Shown in pieces: positions 6,154-11,362 of a stretch of 11,362 nt of DNA (position 1 is its first letter; every line of letters begins with the position of its first letter). The notes under the pieces were generated by a model. It had not been told where the DNA came from and did not search any database. It was given only the letters and a program-made list of their open reading frames with translations. The position numbers and the translations under genes were made by a program. The stretch is from Oligoflexales bacterium (lineage in GTDB: Bacteria > Bdellovibrionota_B > Oligoflexia > Oligoflexales > RGVZ01). The stretch is from the NCBI GenBank assembly GCA_044236265.1, contig JBIIGV010000094.1, forward strand, positions 1 through 11,362. Reading direction: 5' to 3'.

Positions 6154-7254
6154 TTGGCTGTCATCCAGTCATTTCAAATAACTCTTTTGTCTAGCCAAAA
6201 GATCCTCGTCCGATCTCTTGAGGCTGGTGACGCTGATTCCTTTTTAGAGTTTCTAGCACGCGTTCCTCATGAATCAAATCACACCATGCAATATGTAGGC
6301 AAAAAGCTACTTTCAGTTGATGAAACCAAAGCCCGGATCGAAAAATTTCGAGCAGACAAGGTGACGTTAGATCTGGGGGTCTTTGATGGTGCCAAGCTTG
6401 TCGGTTTTATAAATTTTCGTATGCCAAGCTCCGAGCATCCTTGGCAACAACACCTTGGCCGATTTGGAATGATGATTCTTAAAGACTATTGGGGATTGGG
6501 TATCGGTAAGAGACTTCTTCAAGTTATTGAGCCCCACGCCGTAAGTATCGGTATCCAAAAAATTGAAGCCGACGTACGTGTGGCTAACGACCGGGGCGTA
6601 AGGCTCTATAAAAACATGGGCTATGAAATTGAGGGAAGGCGCAAAAAAGCGGTCTTAATTGATGGTCAGTGGGGGGATGAGTTTTTCATCGCAAAGTTTA
6701 TCGGCGAAGCTTCAAAGCCCCAAAGTTTACCGACTCTAGAGACAAGTCGCCTGATATTAAGACCACTTAGTCTTTCGGATGCGGAAGGCATCTACGCTTA
6801 CGCTCAAAATCCAAATGTGAGCAAATATACACTTTGGGAGCCACACCAGTCGGTCAAAGATAGTCTTAGCTATATCAAAGACTATGCTTTCGGATACTAC
6901 AGCCAAGGTGTTCCTGAGCCTTTTGGCATTTTTTTAAAGGATGATCCAGGGCGCGTGATCGGTACAGTCGGATGTTTTTGGGTAGCAAAAGAATCCGGAT
7001 CCATGGAACTTGCCTACGCTCTTGAAGAACAGCATTGGGGCAAGGGCATCACTCCCGAAGCATGCATGGCCACGCTTGAATATTGCTTCAAGACTTTCGG
7101 GATTAAACGCATTCAAGCCCGTTGTAAACTAGAGAATAAGTCTTCGGCCCGGGTTATGCAAAAAATCGGGATGACCTATGAGGGCACACTAAAAAGCGCA
7201 CTATTTCATCGAGATCGATACTGGGACATGTGCTACTACGCAGTTGTCAGATAG
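6154..7254 (+). CDS. Tandem two-domain GNAT N-acetyltransferase (second domain RimJ/RimL-like)
   Basis: Two acetyl-CoA-binding motifs: YWGLGIGKRLL...NDRGVRLYKNMGY and HWGKGITPEA...ENKSSARVMQKIGM. Second domain begins LPTLETSRLILRPL. TTG start with GGAG at 6144-6147. Confidence 0.88.
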   Translation: MAVIQSFQITLLSSQKILVRSLEAGDADSFLEFLARVPHESNHTMQYVGKKLLSVDETKARIEKFRADKVTLDLGVFDGAKLVGFINFRMPSSEHPWQQHLGRFGMMILKDYWGLGIGKRLLQVIEPHAVSIGIQKIEADVRVANDRGVRLYKNMGYEIEGRRKKAVLIDGQWGDEFFIAKFIGEASKPQSLPTLETSRLILRPLSLSDAEGIYAYAQNPNVSKYTLWEPHQSVKDSLSYIKDYAFGYYSQGVPEPFGIFLKDDPGRVIGTVGCFWVAKESGSMELAYALEEQHWGKGITPEACMATLEYCFKTFGIKRIQARCKLENKSSARVMQKIGMTYEGTLKSALFHRDRYWDMCYYAVVR

Positions 7255-7311
7255 TTCTCATTAGATTTCAGATAAAGCAAATAAAGATTGGATTGGCTAA
7301 GCACTCTCATA

Positions 7312-7360
7312 GAAAAACAAAGTCCCCGGTGAGAGTTAGATCTGACCGGGGACTTTTATT
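7312..7360. terminator. Bidirectional intrinsic terminator between convergent genes
   Basis: 12-bp inverted repeat AAAGTCCCCGGT (7319-7330) / ACCGGGGACTTT (7345-7356), with an A-rich flank on the left and TTTTATTT on the right. Confidence 0.85.
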
Positions 7361-7815
7361 TACGGATTGATCGACGTGATGCCGACTTTTCCCTTTTCAA
7401 GACCAACCCAAATTTCACCATCACCATACATGACGCCTTGATCGCGGCAGGAAAGAGCCTCAAGCTTTTGGCTGGCGATGACAGTTTTAACTTTTTCGGT
7501 AAAGACGGCTTCAAATTTTGCTTTGAGTTGGGACTTTGACTTAATTTTTTGCGGCTTTCCTGCGTTGATGGCTAGGGGATAGTGCACAAGATTCATAAGC
7601 TTTGCTTTATCACCTTTTTGGCTTGCTGCTTTCAGCTCATCAAAAAACTTTAAAAAGGGCTCTTTAGACGTAAATCCAGCCACAGAGAGGTTACAGCCGT
7701 CGTGATGGTCATTAGGTGGTGCGATGACTAGATTAGTCTCAGCTGCCAGGGCCAGGCTACCGAGAAAGCTAAGTATCAACAAAAAAGTAATTTTGGAATT
7801 TGCAGAAATGATCAT
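7360..7815 (-). CDS. Secreted hypothetical protein (151 aa)
   Basis: Start reassigned to ATG 7815, preceded by GAGGT at 7-nt spacing. Signal peptide MIISANSKITFLLILSFLGSLALA. Mature part has motif-like segments LVHYPL and QGVMYGDGEIW and two Cys. Confidence 0.8.
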   Translation of the reverse strand: MIISANSKITFLLILSFLGSLALAAETNLVIAPPNDHHDGCNLSVAGFTSKEPFLKFFDELKAASQKGDKAKLMNLVHYPLAINAGKPQKIKSKSQLKAKFEAVFTEKVKTVIASQKLEALSCRDQGVMYGDGEIWVGLEKGKVGITSINP

Positions 7816-7852
7816 GACAATAACCTCTACGAGAGTGGAATGACGTGCAGGG

Positions 7853-7861
7853 ATCATAGCA
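7853..7861 (-). promoter_or_regulatory. Extended -10 sigma70-type element TGCTATGAT for the secreted-protein gene
   Basis: TGn-TATGAT on the - strand, ending 37 nt before ATG 7815; a TTGCCA lies upstream at a suboptimal 19-bp spacing. Confidence 0.45.
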
Positions 7862-7868
7862 TTGTTTT

Positions 7869-9680
7869 TTAGGGAGTTGGCAAATTATCAATCCTGCTGT
7901 CAGATTCTAGAACGCCAAAGTATCGCGTATTAGCGGGTGGGGTTGGCAAAGAATGCCGCGCATAACCCATTCCGCCGTAACAAACGTTATCACTCGTCTT
8001 TTGGTATCCGATGGGGCATTCGCCGGCGCCTGAAGATGGCACCGCGAATCTGTAGAGATAAGTTTGAACATATAGCTTAGCAATCTGGTTGTGTGTACAA
8101 GTTGAGGATGTCCTGAAAGGGCTTTGCGCCCAGGTAAAAAAAGCGTCAGATTCACGATCAATATTAAATGCATAGAAGGAGATGTTGTTAGTCTCATTGA
8201 ACCAAGGAGTTTTTGTTGAAGGGGTTTGCAAGCAAAAAGACATTTCAGATTTGAAAAGTTTCACGGAGCTTCCTTCAGTTGCGCGGATTAGTTCGTTTGA
8301 AGAGGTAGCCCCCTCGAGTGTCAATTTGAATTTTTTAGAAAGATTGAATGCTGCCTGATCATTAAATACTGATCGAGCTAGAAAAATTCCCCACTCAGAA
8401 AAATTTGTTATCGATAGATTAAACGGCACATTCGAATAATCAATGGTTGGGTTCAATGCGCTTGAAATTCTGACGGTGGCATCCTTTAAGTTTAAGCCGG
8501 TTCCCACATTATTAATGTCCAAATTATTTCCCAATGTAATGACTAAAACCGATTCTCGAATATTTAGGCCCACATCAAAACTTTCAATCGTGAGGCTGCA
8601 AGGGGAGCCTATAGATAACTGGTCTGCTCCCATAATGGTCAATCCGGCGGGGTTAAGCGCCCTGTCGCCTGATTTGCCTAGGATACTAATAGTTCCCTCA
8701 AGTCGAATGGCCGCGGTGCCTAGACTTGCGTATAAGCCGCGCCTCACACTTTCTATATTCACATTATTTAGGTGAATTGAGCTTCCAGAGGTTAAATAGT
8801 TTGCCTCGTAATAGTTGGATATTTTTACCTTCTCAAGGCCAAGACTTGAGGAACGCACGTCGAATCCTCGATTGCTTGTGGCGTTAATGCCATCGATCCA
8901 AATCTCCTTCACGGTTACCGAGCTTTCGGAGATATCCACTGAACCATATAGTCCAATGAACTGTATATGAGCGGGCTGCGAGCTACTCGTTGGTTGTCTG
9001 ATAATCGTAGTTGACTTGCTCTCGCCCACAAAATAGAGATTTGCACTCCGTTGCATCTGCTTATCGTCTATGATAACTGACTCCTCGTATATACCGCTGC
9101 CGATGTTGATTGTAATTTTGCAGTTGATAATGTCTGGCATTAAGACCAGCGCCTTGTTAATGGTCGAGCACGGTGCATCTTCAGTGCAGAAAATATTCTG
9201 ATCGTTTTCAGCAGATTTTTTAACGTAATACGTGACATCTTCATCACAGGTGGTCGCAAGGCGACCTTTAAGAGATGAAACCAATATGCGCGCCGTATTA
9301 TCAAATTTTGCAGATACACGAATGGTGGCAGCGTCACCTGGTTTCAGACCTGCGACCGCGACTCCAATAGAATAACTTCCAGCCGCAGCACCACTCACGA
9401 TTTGCCCGTTTGTCATGACGCCGCCTGACGTTTTGACAATCTCAGCGGTTGTTCCATCGATTGATCCCGTATAGCGACTACCATCATCGTTAAAGACTAG
9501 GCAGCCAATGGATGACGACTCGGCGTCTTCGACATCTTTGTTCAAAACAGTACACTGCATCGTAAGCCCAAAACCGCCAGCCACGTCAGCAGGCTCCTCG
9601 GCCTTGCGTTCTTCGGTCTTTTTGCCGGAGCAAGATGCCAAGGCAAAAAAAGACGCAAAAATGATTAATATAAGACGCAT
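7869..9680 (-). CDS. Lipoprotein with predicted right-handed parallel beta-helix (pectin lyase-like fold), 603 aa
   Basis: Start reassigned to ATG 9680 (SD AAGAGGG; signal MRLILIIFASFFALAS-C17 with lipobox LASC). YYVKK...NDQNIFCTEDAPCSTINKAL...ITINIGSGIYEESVII resembles the N-terminal cap of pectin-lyase-like beta-helices, followed by Ile/Asn/Ser/Gly-rich strand repeats. Confidence 0.75.
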   Translation of the reverse strand: MRLILIIFASFFALASCSGKKTEERKAEEPADVAGGFGLTMQCTVLNKDVEDAESSSIGCLVFNDDGSRYTGSIDGTTAEIVKTSGGVMTNGQIVSGAAAGSYSIGVAVAGLKPGDAATIRVSAKFDNTARILVSSLKGRLATTCDEDVTYYVKKSAENDQNIFCTEDAPCSTINKALVLMPDIINCKITINIGSGIYEESVIIDDKQMQRSANLYFVGESKSTTIIRQPTSSSQPAHIQFIGLYGSVDISESSVTVKEIWIDGINATSNRGFDVRSSSLGLEKVKISNYYEANYLTSGSSIHLNNVNIESVRRGLYASLGTAAIRLEGTISILGKSGDRALNPAGLTIMGADQLSIGSPCSLTIESFDVGLNIRESVLVITLGNNLDINNVGTGLNLKDATVRISSALNPTIDYSNVPFNLSITNFSEWGIFLARSVFNDQAAFNLSKKFKLTLEGATSSNELIRATEGSSVKLFKSEMSFCLQTPSTKTPWFNETNNISFYAFNIDRESDAFFTWAQSPFRTSSTCTHNQIAKLYVQTYLYRFAVPSSGAGECPIGYQKTSDNVCYGGMGYARHSLPTPPANTRYFGVLESDSRIDNLPTP

Positions 9681-9706
9681 AGCTGCCCTCTTAAAAAGCT
9701 CAGAGG

Positions 9707-9733
9707 GAATCGGCGCAAATATGCCGAAGTTGA
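9707..9733 (-). promoter_or_regulatory. Candidate sigma28 (FliA)-type promoter TCAA-N15-GCCGATTC
   Basis: - strand reads TCAA cttcggcatatttgc GCCGATTC versus consensus TAAA-N15-GCCGATAA. Spacing is exact and the -10 ends 26 nt before the lipoprotein ATG. Confidence 0.5.
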
Positions 9734-9831
9734 AAGATTTTTCTTTATCTAGACGTATCCTGCTGACTTTGCATACGTATTCGGACTTATCGGGGTGGTG
9801 TATTAGGTCATTCAAGGCCAATTAAGGATGG

Positions 9832-9890
9832 CTCTTAGATCCCAAACTTTGAGGGAGTCCTAGTCTTTTGTTGCTGGGATTTAGCGAGAG
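9832..9890 (-). other. Imperfect long stem-loop just 3' of tRNA-Glu (processing signal or weak terminator)
   Basis: CTCT-TAGATCCCA (9832-9844) pairs with TGGGATTTA...AGAG (9875-9890) with one mismatch and a bulge. No U-tract follows on the - strand. Confidence 0.4.
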
Positions 9891-9893
9891 AGA

Positions 9894-9969
9894 TGGCGTC
9901 CCCAAGGGGATTCGAACCCCTGTATCCACCGTGAAAGGGTGGTGTCCTGGGCCTCTAGACGATGGGGAC
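9894..9969 (-). tRNA. tRNA-Glu (anticodon UUC), CCA encoded
   Basis: Reverse complement GTCCCCATCGTCTAGAGGCCCAGGACACCACCCTTTCACGGTGGATACAGGGGTTCGAATCCCCTTGGGGACGCCA: 7-bp acceptor stem, anticodon arm CCACC-CT-TTC-AC-GGTGG, T loop TTCGAAT. Confidence 0.98.
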
Positions 9970-10025
9970 AGGACGAAAAACAACGAGGTTTCCTAGGGAG
10001 AATTCACTTCCTCTGGGAGAAGAAG

Positions 10026-10098
10026 TGAGCCCGGATGGATTCGAACCATCGACCCGTACATTAAAAGTGTACTGCTCTACCAACTGAGCTACGAGCCC
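10026..10098 (-). tRNA. tRNA-Lys (anticodon UUU), CCA not encoded
   Basis: Reverse complement GGGCTCGTAGCTCAGTTGGTAGAGCAGTACACTTTTAATGTACGGGTCGATGGTTCGAATCCATCCGGGCTCA: anticodon arm GTACA-CT-TTT-AA-TGTAC; discriminator A is followed by CTT. Confidence 0.97.
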
Positions 10099-10132
10099 TT
10101 AGCCTTCGGCTACGAAAACTTCGAGGCCAAAG

Positions 10133-10161
10133 TATTTACAAAAACCGGGGGGGGCCGTCAA
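10133..10161 (-). promoter_or_regulatory. Candidate sigma70 promoter of the tRNA operon, TTGACG-N17-TAAATA
   Basis: Good -35 (10156-10161), 17-bp spacer containing C8, imperfect -10 (10133-10138), 34 nt upstream of tRNA-Lys. Confidence 0.5.
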
Positions 10162-10230
10162 TGTGTATTTGGGTTAGGTTTCAAAATACTTAGGCTGCGG
10201 GCCTGTCACTCCCTTAGATCCCTGAAACCA

Positions 10231-10259
10231 TTGATTCTTCGCCCCTTCTGACCTATTCT
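10231..10259 (+). promoter_or_regulatory. Candidate sigma70 promoter TTGATT-N17-TATTCT
   Basis: Near-consensus hexamers with 17-bp spacing, 30 nt upstream of ATG 10290; divergent from the tRNA promoter. Confidence 0.5.
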
Positions 10260-10289
10260 TCATCTGCCCCATATATCCAGGGAGACCTA

Positions 10290-10616
10290 ATGACGAAAAT
10301 CATCAAAAGAGACCGCAAGGAAAGTGCCGCTGACCTTGTCACAGCTATCGACGAGCTAAATCCCCTACTTGCAGAGCAGGGAGAAGACGATGCAGTGAGC
10401 CATTTAAAGAAAGCGGCATCTGCGCTGAAGCGCTCTGCCATCGGCACTGACGACTACAAGCGTGCCATCGATGAAGTGATCGATGCGTTTGAAGGTGATC
10501 TTGAGCTTTCTGCTTACACGCATGCACGCAAAGACTCCAAAGAATGGACTGCAGCAGAGGAACTCACCGTGGCAAGTTGCCGCGTATTAAATCTTGCCCG
10601 TCGCATGAAATCATAA
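10290..10616 (+). CDS. Hypothetical protein (108 aa, predicted alpha-helical)
   Basis: SD AGGGAGA immediately upstream, candidate promoter, amphipathic Ala/Leu/Asp/Glu/Lys pattern; no family recognised. Confidence 0.75.
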   Translation: MTKIIKRDRKESAADLVTAIDELNPLLAEQGEDDAVSHLKKAASALKRSAIGTDDYKRAIDEVIDAFEGDLELSAYTHARKDSKEWTAAEELTVASCRVLNLARRMKS

Positions 10617-10669
10617 GTGCATTGTCACTTGATGATTGATGGCCAAACGTGAACTTGAGGAATGAATTG

Positions 10670-11362
10670 ATGTCAGACAACAACGAACAATCTGCCCCAC
10701 AGCAACCACAGCAAACAATGAAACAGCGCGTAGAGCTGCAGCGTGGGCGCAATGTGCCGATCGACTACTTCCTTTACACATGCCTTGAGCATGAGCGCAC
10801 TAAGCGTGCTGCTGGTGTTGATGAAGCGCAAGCTAATCTTGGTCGCTGGCCCATCATGGTGGGAGCAACATTGGAGAGTCTTCCTGGTGAGCTAAAGACC
10901 ATGGACCTTAAAGGCCTCATGAGTCGCATGAGTCTTTGGTATGCTGCGCAGTATCCAGAGATGATGGAAGAGACGCCACTTGATCACATCATGCTCAATA
11001 ACATTGTTGAGCCATTTATGAAGTTTACGCTGGACGTTTCTGATCTTGTTCTTTTGAAAACCGGTACCGCTTTGCCAGCCCATAATGCTGACACAGACGA
11101 AAGCAAAGCCGTCTGGGATACAATCAAGGTTGTCTTGAAGGAAGAATTTCCTGGCTACTACGCCTATTATGACCGGTTTTTGCGTTGGGCTTTTGCAGAT
11201 GTTGAGCCAGAAGAAGTTGAAGAAGGTTCTCGTCCACCAGTCGGTAAAAACATGCCAAACTTCCGCGGCAATCGCCCACAGGGCCAAGGCGGCGGAGGAC
11301 ACCAGCAGCGCCATGGTCAAGGCGGTGGTGGGGGTCGTGATCACAGGGGTAACCGCGATAAC
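10670..11362 (+). CDS. Hypothetical protein, 3'-truncated, entering a Gly/Arg/Gln/His-rich low-complexity region
   Basis: Own translation: 231 uninterrupted codons from ATG 10670 (MSDNNEQSAPQQPQQTMKQRVELQRGRNVPIDYFLYTCLEHER...FPGYYAYIDRFLRWAF...FRGNRPQGQGGGGHQQRHGQGGGGGRDHRGNRDN). SD GAGGA at 10657-10661. Missing from the ORF track because there is no stop in the window. Confidence 0.88.
   Translation, partial: MSDNNEQSAPQQPQQTMKQRVELQRGRNVPIDYFLYTCLEHERTKRAAGVDEAQANLGRWPIMVGATLESLPGELKTMDLKGLMSRMSLWYAAQYPEMMEETPLDHIMLNNIVEPFMKFTLDVSDLVLLKTGTALPAHNADTDESKAVWDTIKVVLKEEFPGYYAYYDRFLRWAFADVEPEEVEEGSRPPVGKNMPNFRGNRPQGQGGGGHQQRHGQGGGGGRDHRGNRDN

Noticed and set aside
7319..7345. Resemblance of the terminator arm (GTCCCC / CCCGG) to the tRNA 3' ends as a possible att site
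   Set aside because: Only 5-6 matching bases, fully explained by the terminator stem.
7816..7857. 14-aa N-terminal extension of the secreted protein
   Set aside because: ATG 7815 has a GAGGT SD and starts the signal peptide; the upstream ATG is part of the candidate -10 box.
9787..9814. Second sigma28-like -10 (CCCGATAA) further upstream of the lipoprotein gene
   Set aside because: No matching -35 at 15-bp spacing (GAAT; TGAA only at 16), so weaker than the 9707-9733 candidate.
9681..9821. 47-aa N-terminal extension of the lipoprotein ORF
   Set aside because: It would bury the lipoprotein signal peptide; ATG 9680 has an SD and a candidate promoter within this stretch.
9834..10222. 10-bp direct repeat CTTAGATCCC (9834-9843 and 10213-10222) flanking the tRNA pair
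   Set aside because: A 10-mer match within a few hundred bases is not improbable, and there is no mobile-element context to suggest a target-site duplication.
10892..11344. 150-aa - strand ORF
   Set aside because: Antisense to the longer + strand CDS from 10670, which has an SD and protein-like composition.

Overview
Bacterial chromosomal window. The + strand carries a tightly packed core cluster: scpA (5'-truncated), scpB, an rluB-type pseudouridine synthase, a fumarylacetoacetate hydrolase family gene, a putative outer-membrane beta-barrel and fabD. A two-domain GNAT acetyltransferase follows and converges at a bidirectional terminator on two - strand exported-protein genes: a small secreted protein and a 603-aa Cys-rich lipoprotein with a predicted right-handed beta-helix. 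These lie just downstream of a tRNA-Lys(UUU)/tRNA-Glu(UUC) pair. Two divergent + strand hypothetical genes end the window; the last is 3'-truncated and absent from the ORF track. No integrase, transposase, CRISPR array or recognisable defence system is visible. The most unusual signals are: (i) ScpA and ScpB carry long acidic tails that both end in EVDQ, while the overlapping RluB has a strongly basic tail; (ii) the lipoprotein gene has a sigma28-like promoter whose position would leave its SD free, whereas read-through transcripts could fold over it; (iii) that gene looks compositionally mosaic. The style of the proteins suggests Bdellovibrionota/Oligoflexia, but this is an unverified impression.
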